Part shown: positions 9,618 to 17,398 of the stretch, in pieces
Position numbering within the stretch: the stretch's first letter is position 1
Layout: each line of letters opens with the position of its first letter
NCBI RefSeq assembly: GCF_000039765.1
Contig: NC_004459.3
Coordinates: forward strand, 600,001-632,000
Reading direction: 5' to 3'
DNA: 32,000 nucleotides
DNA from: Vibrio vulnificus CMCP6
Lineage (GTDB): Bacteria; Pseudomonadota; Gammaproteobacteria; Enterobacterales; Vibrionaceae
Translations under genes and position numbers: made by a program
The notes under the pieces: model-generated
Database searches by the model: none
Seen by the model: the letters and a program-made list of their open reading frames with translations, nothing else
What the model was told of the DNA's origin: nothing

Positions 9618-10879
9618 TTGAATGTCACCCTCTCTGGTAGTGGCTTCGTTGCTTCATTCTTGCTGTATACGTACAGAAGAATAAAGAACATGAAATAACC
9701 CAAGCTAAAGATCTGAGCTAGTAGCGTGTAAGTTGGTGTTGCTGGAAGCGCACCAAGAATACCCAATGCAATAAAGCTGATCGTAAACTGGATAATGTTA
9801 ATCAAATGAATTTTGCTACGGTAACGGTAAGAGCGAACTTTACAGCGGTCAAACCATGGCAGTAGGAATAGGAACACAATCGATAGTCCCATCGCTACAA
9901 CACCCAACAGCTTATCTGGAACAGCACGCAAAATGGCATAGAAAGGCGTAAAGTACCAAACTGGTGCAATGTGCTCAGGCGTTTTCAGCGGGTTTGCAGC
10001 TTCAAAGTTAGGCGGCTCTAGGAAATACCCACCCATCTCTGGGTTAAAGAACAAGACATAGCAGAACAAGAACAGGAAGCCCGCTACACCCACCATATCT
10101 TTTACCGTTCCATAAGGGTGGAAAGGAATCGAATCAATGATGTCGTATTTGTTTGAGTAGTACTCGTGGAACTTAAATTGTGTCTTGTAATCTGGTCCCA
10201 TTGAACCTTTCGGCAGCTTCGTTTCAATGCCGTCTGGGTTGTTAGAACCCACTTCATGCAACGCCAGAATGTGCAACACGATCAACAGTAGCAGCACGAT
10301 AGGTAAGGCAATGACGTGCAGAGCAAAGAAACGGTTCAGCGTTGCACCCGAGATGATGTAGTCACCACGGATCCACAAGGTTAAATCATCACCGATGACC
10401 GGAATCGCACCAAACAAGGAAATGATTACCTGTGCACCCCAGTAAGACATCTGACCCCATGGAAGTAGATATCCCATGAACGCTTCTGCCATCAGTACTA
10501 GGAAGATCAACATACCGAAGATCCACAGTAGCTCACGAGGCTTTTGGTAAGAACCGTAGATCAAACCACGGAACATATGCAAATAAACCACCACGAAGAA
10601 TGCAGAAGCGCCTGTAGAGTGCATGTAACGCAACAACCAGCCATATTCCACATCACGCATGATGTATTCGATAGAAGCAAATGCACCTTCACCAGAAGGA
10701 ACATAGTTCATGGTTAACCAAATACCCGTTAGGATCTGGTTTACCAGTACGAGCATTGCTAAAGAACCAAAAAGGTACCAAAAGTTGAAGTTCTTTGGCA
10801 TTGGGTATTCGGACAAATGCTTTTTGTAAGCATTCATCGCAGGGATACGTTTTTCAACCCAGTCTAATAGTGCTTGCAT
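9614..10879 (-). CDS. petB: Ubiquinol-cytochrome c reductase, cytochrome b subunit
   Basis: 421-aa polytopic membrane protein. It has cytochrome b signatures (WYLFGSL, RYMHSTGASAFF, PWGQMSYWGA, the PEWYF-like PVWYFTPFY). Its start overlaps the petA stop by 1 nt (TAATG). Confidence 0.95.
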   Translation of the reverse strand: MQALLDWVEKRIPAMNAYKKHLSEYPMPKNFNFWYLFGSLAMLVLVNQILTGIWLTMNYVPSGEGAFASIEYIMRDVEYGWLLRYMHSTGASAFFVVVYLHMFRGLIYGSYQKPRELLWIFGMLIFLVLMAEAFMGYLLPWGQMSYWGAQVIISLFGAIPVIGDDLTLWIRGDYIISGATLNRFFALHVIALPIVLLLLIVLHILALHEVGSNNPDGIETKLPKGSMGPDYKTQFKFHEYYSNKYDIIDSIPFHPYGTVKDMVGVAGFLFLFCYVLFFNPEMGGYFLEPPNFEAANPLKTPEHIAPVWYFTPFYAILRAVPDKLLGVVAMGLSIVFLFLLPWFDRCKVRSYRYRSKIHLINIIQFTISFIALGILGALPATPTYTLLAQIFSLGYFMFFILLYVYSKNEATKPLPERVTFK

Positions 10880-11469
10880 TAGGCATCCCCCTCGTCAACA
10901 CCGATAAGGATCGTGGTATCGCTTAAATACATGTGCTTAGGTACCACTAAGTTCAAAGGTGCAGGAACGCCTTGGAACACGCGGCCTGCCATATCAAACT
11001 TAGAGCCGTGACATGGGCAGAAGAAGCCCGATTTCACGCCTTGCACTTGTTCTGCGAAAGAATCTGGCAGATAGGTTGGCGAACAACCTAGGTGTGTACA
11101 GAAACCGACCGCAACAAAAAACTCAGGTTTAATTGAGCGAAACTCGTTTTGAGCATAAGTTGGCTGTTGTTCCATCTCAGATTGAGGATCGCGTAGCTGA
11201 CCACCAATCGTTTTGAGGTTGTCGATAACTTCTTGGGTACGGCGTACAACCCATACAGGTTTACCTTGCCATTCCACACGAATCATCTGTCCGGCTTCAA
11301 TTTTACTAACATCCACTTCCACCGGCGCACCAGCAGCTTTCGCTTTGGCACTCGGATTCCATGATTTGATAAAAGGAACGGCGACGGCAGCTGCCCCTAA
11401 TCCACCAACAACTGCTGTTGTGGCGGTTAGAAAACGCCTGCGACCGTTATTTAAAGGCGCGTTGCTCAT
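10879..11469 (-). CDS. petA: Ubiquinol-cytochrome c reductase, Rieske iron-sulfur subunit
   Basis: 196 aa. It has a Tat-type N-terminus (GRRRFLTATTAVVGGLGAA) and the Rieske boxes CTHLGC and CPCHGS. Confidence 0.95.
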   Translation of the reverse strand: MSNAPLNNGRRRFLTATTAVVGGLGAAAVAVPFIKSWNPSAKAKAAGAPVEVDVSKIEAGQMIRVEWQGKPVWVVRRTQEVIDNLKTIGGQLRDPQSEMEQQPTYAQNEFRSIKPEFFVAVGFCTHLGCSPTYLPDSFAEQVQGVKSGFFCPCHGSKFDMAGRVFQGVPAPLNLVVPKHMYLSDTTILIGVDEGDA

Positions 11470-11566
11470 CCAAACATTCTCCCATTTGCTCCTTTTGGAT
11501 CGTGATTATTCCGCTTATAGAGCATGGCTAACAAAATATGAATCTAGTTCTATTTATTGACGAGAA

Positions 11567-11595
11567 ATGATAAATAAAACCCTACTTTTTGACAA
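11567..11595 (-). promoter_or_regulatory. Putative sigma-70 promoter of petABC
   Basis: On the minus strand: TTGTCA (11595-11590), a 17-nt spacer, then TATCAT (11572-11567). This lies about 95 nt upstream of the petA ATG. It is a sequence match only. Confidence 0.5.
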
Positions 11596-11715
11596 GATAA
11601 AGCTACCTTTTTGTAACATTTGTGAGGTAAATCGCTCACGACGTCACAAAAGCGGCAAAATTCTAAATATTTGGTGTGAGATGTAACAAAGAAAGGAAAT
11701 AAGTAGCTATAAATA

Positions 11716-11745
11716 AACAAAAAGCTCGGCATATAGCCGAGCTTT
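11716..11745 (-). terminator. Rho-independent terminator after rpsI
   Basis: Minus strand reads AAAGCUCGGC-UAUAU-GCCGAGCUUU followed by UUGUUUAUUU. The stem pairs 11736-11745 with 11721-11730. Confidence 0.85.
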
Positions 11746-11799
11746 GAACCACAACTTCCAGAAATAATTCTGGAGCGTAAATTTTTCGAAAACGAAAAA

Positions 11800-12192
11800 T
11801 TAACGCTTAGAGAATTGTGGACGACGACGTGCTTTACGTAGACCAACTTTCTTACGTTCAACGCAACGAGCGTCGCGAGTAACGTAGCCAGCTGCACGTA
11901 GAGCAGGACGTAGAGATTCATCGTATTCCATAAGAGCACGAGTGATGCCGTGACGGATTGCGCCAGCTTGACCAGAAATACCACCACCTTTAACAGTGAT
12001 GTATAGGTCTAGCTTCTCAACCATGTCTACCAATTCAAGAGGTTGTTTAACAACCATGCAAGAAGTTGGACGACCGAAGTACTCTTCAAGCGCACGCTTG
12101 TTGATTACGATGTTGCCGCTGCCTGGTTTGATGAAAACACGAGCAGCTGAGCTTTTGCGACGGCCAGTGCCGTAGTATTGATTCTCTGCCAT
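11800..12192 (-). CDS. rpsI: 30S ribosomal protein S9
   Basis: The ORF track starts at a TTG (12207) that abuts the rplM stop. The ATG at 12192 gives [15 protein letters not shown]... and 130 aa, the canonical S9 length, ending in the typical RRRPQFSKR. Confidence 0.97.
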   Translation of the reverse strand: MAENQYYGTGRRKSSAARVFIKPGSGNIVINKRALEEYFGRPTSCMVVKQPLELVDMVEKLDLYITVKGGGISGQAGAIRHGITRALMEYDESLRPALRAAGYVTRDARCVERKKVGLRKARRRPQFSKR

Positions 12193-12207
12193 TTCCGATA
12201 TCCCCAA

Positions 12208-12636
12208 TTAGATGTCTAGTACTTTTGGTTGTTGAGCAACATGGTTGTGCTCAGCGCCAGCGTAAACTTTTAGCTTACGGTACATAGCACGGCCTAGAGG
12301 ACCACGTGGTAGCATACCTTTAACCGCTAGCTCAATGACCATTTCTGGTTTACGAACAATCAGCTTGTCAAAAGTGATTGACTTAATACCACCAGGGAAT
12401 TCAGTGTGACGGTAGTAAGTTTTTGCTGCAGCTTTGTTACCAGTTACAGTAACTTTCTCCGCGTTGATAACGATGATGTAATCACCAGTGTCAACGTGTG
12501 GAGTGTACTCAGCTTTGTGTTTGCCACGTAGGCGAGATGCAATTTCACTTGCTAGACGGCCAAGAGTTTTACCTTCAGCGTCTACAACGTACCAGTCGCG
12601 TTTTACAGTTTCTGGTTTAGCAACGAAAGTTTTCAT
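12208..12636 (-). CDS. rplM: 50S ribosomal protein L13
   Basis: 142 aa, beginning [29 protein letters not shown], essentially the canonical L13 sequence. It sits upstream of rpsI. Confidence 0.97.
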   Translation of the reverse strand: MKTFVAKPETVKRDWYVVDAEGKTLGRLASEIASRLRGKHKAEYTPHVDTGDYIIVINAEKVTVTGNKAAAKTYYRHTEFPGGIKSITFDKLIVRKPEMVIELAVKGMLPRGPLGRAMYRKLKVYAGAEHNHVAQQPKVLDI

Positions 12637-12802
12637 GCTAATAATAACCCGTTAATTCAAATTTAAACTTTAAAGGAACACACCGCTGTGCTCCCACACT
12701 GTCTAAGAGCCCAGTCATCACCCCTTCGAGCGGTTGGCACTCTCGACCTTATATCTCGAATAACTTCGATAAATTAGGTCTGCAGTAACGGTGGGTCGCA
12801 GG

Positions 12803-12831
12803 ATTATAGAGAAGAGCGAAGAAAAAATCAC
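12803..12831 (-). promoter_or_regulatory. Putative sigma-70 promoter of rplM-rpsI
   Basis: On the minus strand: GTGATT (12831-12826), a 17-nt spacer, then a perfect TATAAT (12808-12803), followed by a GC-rich discriminator CCTGCGACCC. This implies a leader of about 160 nt before the rplM ATG. Confidence 0.55.
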
Positions 12832-12887
12832 CTTTTTTTGCACTCAATCACTAATTTTTTCGTCACGTCTTTCTCCCAATAAACAAT

Positions 12888-13991
12888 CTAAGCCAGATGT
12901 TCTCTCGCTAAGTACTCATGACTTTGCATTTCCACTAAACGAGATTGACAACGCTTAAACTCAAACTCCAATTGCCCTTGCAGATAGAGTTGTTCTAGTG
13001 CGACTTCCGCCGAAATAATCAATTTAACGTGTCGCTCGTAAAACTCATCCACGAGGGCGATAAATCGCCGCGCGGCATCATCGATCTTATTGTCCATTTG
13101 TGGCACATCCGCCAACAACACCGTGTGATAGATTTTGGACAGTTCAATATAGTCATTTTGACTGCGTGCGGTTTGGCATAGCTGGGCGAACGTAGCATGC
13201 AGTACCCCATCACTGGCCTCTATAACGGCTATTTGGCGATGATTGATGTCAACACTGTGTAATTTGGCTTTGCCCTCTCCGACTAACTGCTGATAGTAGA
13301 GATTTAGATTGAGATTTGCCTGCTCATCCAATGGATAATGATAGATCTCTGCTTGCTCTAACGTTCGTAGACGATAGTCAATACCACTATCCACATTGAG
13401 CACTTCACAGTGTTGCTCAATCAAAGCGATAGCAGGCAAAAAGCGCGCTCTCTGTAATCCATTACGATATAGCTCTTGAGGTACAATGTTCGACGTCGCC
13501 ACCAGTATCATTTGACGCCTAAACATCGCCTGCATCAGCGTGCCGAGAATCATCGCATCGGTAATATCCGAAACAAAAAACTCATCAAAGCAGACAATAT
13601 CCGCCTCTTTCTTAAACACATCAGCCACTTTTTCCAGTGGATTTTCTACATCACCTAACCGTTTCAGTTCATCGTGAACTCGATACATAAAGCGATGAAA
13701 ATGGACGCGCATTTTGCGTTGAGTTGGCAAAGCCTCAAAAAAAGTATCCATGAGATACGTTTTTCCACGCCCAACACCACCCCAAAAATAGAGTCCTTGA
13801 GGTGGTAATTTGGCTGGCGGCTGTTTGCCTAATAATTTTTGCCAACGCGTTTGTTGCGGTTGAGGCTGGGCACAATAATCGAGATATTGATGAAAAAGCC
13901 TATCTAGTGCTCGCACTGCATTGTACTGAGCAGCGTCTTTCTGGAATCCGTTATGCGCGAGGTCGTGTTCGTATTTTTCTAATGGGCTCAT
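12888..13991 (-). CDS. zapE: Cell division ATPase ZapE (YhcM, AFG1-like)
   Basis: It has a Walker A motif (GGVGRGKT) and Walker B motif (IVCFDEFFV), and it is divergent from zapG as in E. coli. The start is uncertain. I list the ATG at 13991 (MSPLEKYEHDL...). The ORF track uses 14015, and 14000 is also in frame; none has a strong SD. Confidence 0.85.
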   Translation of the reverse strand: MSPLEKYEHDLAHNGFQKDAAQYNAVRALDRLFHQYLDYCAQPQPQQTRWQKLLGKQPPAKLPPQGLYFWGGVGRGKTYLMDTFFEALPTQRKMRVHFHRFMYRVHDELKRLGDVENPLEKVADVFKKEADIVCFDEFFVSDITDAMILGTLMQAMFRRQMILVATSNIVPQELYRNGLQRARFLPAIALIEQHCEVLNVDSGIDYRLRTLEQAEIYHYPLDEQANLNLNLYYQQLVGEGKAKLHSVDINHRQIAVIEASDGVLHATFAQLCQTARSQNDYIELSKIYHTVLLADVPQMDNKIDDAARRFIALVDEFYERHVKLIISAEVALEQLYLQGQLEFEFKRCQSRLVEMQSHEYLAREHLA

Positions 13992-14150
13992 TGTTCTCAT
14001 ACCAAAACAGGGCATAAAATCCCGTTATCAAACTTGAGATTGTGTCGTTGCTATTTTGCTTTATTGACTACTGCTCCCATAGTAACATGGTGGCGCAATA
14101 CGTGTAACTAAGCAGTAAATAACATGTTAAAACCATTATAAGGAGCTGTT

Positions 14151-14600
14151 ATGCCTTGGATGTATGCCATTGTGGGCTTGCTTGTCGGAGCAATTGTTGG
14201 TGTTGTCGTATCACGACTTACCACGCCAGAATATAAAAAACAGAAGAACATCAAAAAAGAGCTCGATGTAGCAAAATATGAACTAGAGCAACAACGCCAA
14301 GAGCTGATTGATCACTTCTCCCAAACCGCTGAGCTACTCGAAACACTCGGTAAAGATTACAGCAAGCTATATCAGCATATGGCGAAGACTTCGGCAGAGC
14401 TTCTACCGAACCTGCCAGCGCAAGACAATCCATTTGATAAAGTGGCACTGTCGGCGAAAGAAGATAACACCGAAGAAAATGTAACGGATGAAGTCACTGA
14501 ACAGCCAAAAGATTACGCTAACGGCGCAACTGGGCTATTCAATGATCAGAAAAAAGTCATCCTAGATGCACCAGAAGCCATCACTGCAAAAGCATCCTAA
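14151..14600 (+). CDS. zapG: Z-ring associated protein ZapG (YhcB, DUF1043)
   Basis: 149 aa with an N-terminal TM helix (WMYAIVGLLVGAIVGVVV) and a coiled coil. The motif YSKLYQHMAKTSAELLP matches E. coli YhcB (YRQLYQHMAKSSSSLLP). A strong SD (AAGGAG) sits 6 nt upstream. Confidence 0.9.
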   Translation: MPWMYAIVGLLVGAIVGVVVSRLTTPEYKKQKNIKKELDVAKYELEQQRQELIDHFSQTAELLETLGKDYSKLYQHMAKTSAELLPNLPAQDNPFDKVALSAKEDNTEENVTDEVTEQPKDYANGATGLFNDQKKVILDAPEAITAKAS

Positions 14601-14614
14601 TTTTTCTCATTGAT

Positions 14615-14642
14615 GAACTTTTCAAAGGTTTTTGAGTCCTAA
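14615..14642 (+). promoter_or_regulatory. Candidate sigma-E (RpoE)-type promoter upstream of degQ
   Basis: GAACTT (14615-14620), a 16-nt spacer, then TCCTAA (14637-14642). This resembles E. coli sigma-E promoters as I recall them (GGAACTT-N16-TCTAA/TCTGA). The -10 element is imperfect. It is a sequence match only. Confidence 0.35.
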
Positions 14643-14756
14643 CTCACATCACTGTCTATTGAAAACTGTTTAAGACGACAATATTGATAGGAAGTAAACC
14701 TATTTTGTTTGAGTCTCTGTCCTTTGCAATAGACTGGTATTTATAGGAGTTATTGG

Positions 14757-16124
14757 ATGAAAAAACCTTTGCTTGTTTTGACTGCATTGTCTTTGAGCTT
14801 AAGCTCAGCCCTTGCCCCTCTTCCAGCAACCGCCGCACTGCCTTTTAGCGTCAGTGGACAGGAGTTGCCGAGCTTAGCGCCAATGCTCGAACGTGTTACC
14901 CCTGCGGTCGTCAGTATCGCGGTTGAAGGTAAACAGGTAGAACGCTCGCGTATTCCCGATCAATTTCAATTCTTTTTTGGTCCTGATTTCCCAACAGAAC
15001 AAGTTCGTGAACGTCCATTCCGTGGTTTAGGTTCTGGTGTCATCATTAATGCCAATAAAGGCTATATCGTGACGAACTACCACGTCATCAAAGGCGCTGA
15101 TGAGATACGAATTCAGCTTCACGATGGTCGTGAATACGATGCCGAGTTAATTGGTGGCGATGAGATGTCCGATGTTGCTCTGCTTAAAGTCGATGGCGCT
15201 AAAGACTTAACCGAGATTAAGCTCGCCGATTCCGACAAGTTACGTGTGGGTGATTTCAGCGTCGCCATTGGTAACCCATTTGGTTTGGGACAGACAGTGA
15301 CGTCCGGCATTGTTTCAGCCTTAGGTCGTAGTGGTTTGAACATTGAAAACTTCGAAAACTTTATTCAAACCGACGCGGCAATTAACAGCGGCAACTCCGG
15401 TGGTGCGCTCGTCAACCTCAATGGTGAACTGATCGGCATCAATACGGCGATTCTCGGCCCCAATGGCGGCAACGTTGGTATTGGCTTCGCCATTCCATCG
15501 AATATGATGAAGAACTTAACTGACCAAATCTTGGAATTTGGTGAAGTCAAACGTGGCATGTTAGGCGTTCAAGGTGGCGAAATCACCTCTGAGCTGGCTG
15601 AGGCGCTGGGCTATAACTCGAGCAAAGGTGCATTTGTCAGCCAAGTGGTTCCTGACTCCGCCGCAGATAAAGCCGGCATCAAGGCGGGCGACATCATTGT
15701 GTCTCTCAATGGTAAGAAAATCGATACCTTCTCTGAGCTAAGAGCCAAAATTGCAACACTCGGGGCTGGCAAAGAAATCGAGCTTGGCGTGGTGCGTGAT
15801 GGTAAGGATAAGCGCTTTGATGTCACTTTGGGTGAGTCGCAACAAACCAAGGCCAAAGCCGATAAAATGCACGAAGGCCTTGCTGGTGCTGAGTTGGCTA
15901 ATACCACGTCAGACGATCGCATTGCTGGCGTTAAAGTGATCAACGTGGCAGATAACTCGCCAGCGGCACAATACCAGTTACAAAAAGACGACATCATTAT
16001 CGGTGTCAACCGTCAGCGAGTGAAAAATCTCGCCGATTTCCGTGCCATTGTTGAAAAACAAACTGGTGTGCTTGCGCTCAATATCCAACGTGGTGAGCGC
16101 ACTATCTATTTAGTCATTCGCTAA
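14757..16124 (+). CDS. degQ: Periplasmic serine endoprotease DegQ/DegP (HtrA family, two PDZ domains)
   Basis: 455 aa with a signal peptide. The catalytic residues sit in TNYHV (His), DVALLK (Asp) and GNSGGALVN (Ser). Two PDZ-like segments follow. AGGAG lies 8 nt upstream. I cannot decide from sequence alone whether this is the DegP or the DegQ functional equivalent. Confidence 0.92.
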   Translation: MKKPLLVLTALSLSLSSALAPLPATAALPFSVSGQELPSLAPMLERVTPAVVSIAVEGKQVERSRIPDQFQFFFGPDFPTEQVRERPFRGLGSGVIINANKGYIVTNYHVIKGADEIRIQLHDGREYDAELIGGDEMSDVALLKVDGAKDLTEIKLADSDKLRVGDFSVAIGNPFGLGQTVTSGIVSALGRSGLNIENFENFIQTDAAINSGNSGGALVNLNGELIGINTAILGPNGGNVGIGFAIPSNMMKNLTDQILEFGEVKRGMLGVQGGEITSELAEALGYNSSKGAFVSQVVPDSAADKAGIKAGDIIVSLNGKKIDTFSELRAKIATLGAGKEIELGVVRDGKDKRFDVTLGESQQTKAKADKMHEGLAGAELANTTSDDRIAGVKVINVADNSPAAQYQLQKDDIIIGVNRQRVKNLADFRAIVEKQTGVLALNIQRGERTIYLVIR

Positions 16125-16159
16125 GTAAACATATCGCCTCAATGATGATCGAGCATACA

Positions 16160-16195
16160 AAGGGCAGTCCTAAAGTGGGCTGCCCTTTTATTATT
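16160..16195 (+). terminator. Rho-independent terminator after degQ
   Basis: AAGGGCAGUCC-UAAAGU-GGGCUGCCCUU followed by UUAUUAUU. The 11-bp stem (one G-U pair) joins 16160-16170 with 16177-16187. Confidence 0.85.
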
Positions 16196-16255
16196 CAATC
16201 AGGTAATGCTATTCTCTGCTTTCTGTTCTAACTTTGTGACTTCTGTGGAGAGGGC

Positions 16256-17323
16256 ATGCTCAACTTTCTTATGCGTTCCGTCGTTTTAGGGCTGGTGACA
16301 GCTTTGCTGGTGTTACTCGCTGTTCCCTCTCTTCGTAGTAATGTGATTACAACCACGCTGGATGTATCACCACAAGATGCCAGTTCTCTGCAAATCTCAT
16401 TTAATCAGGCGGTGAGAAATGCTGCGCCTGCAGTGGTCAATATTTACAGCCGAAAATACGTTGAAAACGACCGTAGCAAGCTGTCAACGCAAGGGTTGGG
16501 TTCTGGTGTCATCGTCAGTGAAAAAGGCTATATCATTACCAACTACCATGTGGTCGCCCAAGCCGATCAAATCGTTGTGGCGTTGCAAGATGGCCGAGTC
16601 GCCGCCGCGCAATTGGTGGGCAAAGATCGTCGCACTGACATCGCCATTTTGCGCATAGAAGGCAACAACTTACCTGTCATTCCATTAAATTCAAACTACA
16701 AAGCCAAAGTTGGCGATGTGGTGTTGGCGATAGGTAATCCCTATAACCTCGGGCAAACCACCACCTTTGGCATTATTTCGGCCACTGGCCGCTCTTCCAT
16801 CAGTGCCGATGGCAGACAAGCTTTTATTCAGACCGATGCTGCGATCAACGAAGGCAACTCAGGTGGTGCTTTAGTCAATACCAAAGGCGAGCTGGTTGGT
16901 ATCAACACCGCCTCTTTTCAGCAAGCCACTGATCTGGAAACTTATGGTATTTCTTTCGCCATCCCTTTCCCTCTGGCAAATAAAATCATGGAAAAGATCA
17001 TTGCCGATGGCCGAGTGATCCGAGGTTATATTGGTATTGATGGGCAAGACATTAATGCGGTGACTGCACGTTTGCTTGGCAATGAACATATTGGTGGTAT
17101 CGTCGTATTGGGCGTCGATCCCAACGGCCCGGCAGCAAACGCCGGTTTTGAAGCACAAGACATTATCTTAAGTATTGATGACAAGAAGATCCAAGGTCGT
17201 CAGAGTGTGATGGATATTGTGACCGACCTACGTCCGGGGACAACCGTCGATGTCGGTATCATCCGCAAAGGACAAGAGATGACTCTCAAAGTGACGATTG
17301 CGGAAGATAACCGAGAAATCTAA
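16256..17323 (+). CDS. degS: Outer-membrane-stress sensor serine endopeptidase DegS
   Basis: 355 aa, the same length as E. coli DegS. It has an N-terminal TM anchor, then ITNYHV, TDIAILR, GNSGGALVN, VIRGYIGI and a single PDZ domain. Collinear similarity to E. coli DegS runs throughout. GGAGAGGG is present as SD. Confidence 0.93.
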   Translation: MLNFLMRSVVLGLVTALLVLLAVPSLRSNVITTTLDVSPQDASSLQISFNQAVRNAAPAVVNIYSRKYVENDRSKLSTQGLGSGVIVSEKGYIITNYHVVAQADQIVVALQDGRVAAAQLVGKDRRTDIAILRIEGNNLPVIPLNSNYKAKVGDVVLAIGNPYNLGQTTTFGIISATGRSSISADGRQAFIQTDAAINEGNSGGALVNTKGELVGINTASFQQATDLETYGISFAIPFPLANKIMEKIIADGRVIRGYIGIDGQDINAVTARLLGNEHIGGIVVLGVDPNGPAANAGFEAQDIILSIDDKKIQGRQSVMDIVTDLRPGTTVDVGIIRKGQEMTLKVTIAEDNREI

Positions 17324-17353
17324 TCTCAATCCAAACGATGCAATCCGAGTGAT

Positions 17354-17389
17354 AAAAAGAACCCCAAGACTAGGCTTGGGGTTCTTTTT
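17354..17389. terminator. Bidirectional rho-independent terminator between convergent degS and parC
   Basis: aaaaaGAACCCCAAG-actagg-CUUGGGGUUCuuuuu. The perfect stem joins 17354-17368 with 17375-17389 and has A/T runs on both sides. Confidence 0.88.
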
Positions 17390-17398
17390 CTGCTTCTA

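Noticed and set aside
11619-11650. Possible CRP or matS site from TGTGA/TCACA and GTGAC-like half-sites. A similar GTGACAGCAATGTCAC lies at 25922-25937, and a parS-like half-site GTTTCACG lies at about 21684.
   Set aside because: The spacings are wrong: TGTGA-N18-TCACA rather than N6 for CRP, and GTGAC-N6-GTCAC rather than N3 for matS (that one is simply the tolC terminator stem). The parS-like match is only one half-site.
11550-11987. 145-aa minus-strand ORF that overlaps rpsI out of frame and extends through the rpsI-petA spacer.
   Set aside because: It overlaps the highly conserved S9 gene in another frame and runs through the rpsI terminator and the pet promoter. Its composition is AT-rich spacer-like (F/L/Y/K rich). 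It looks spurious.
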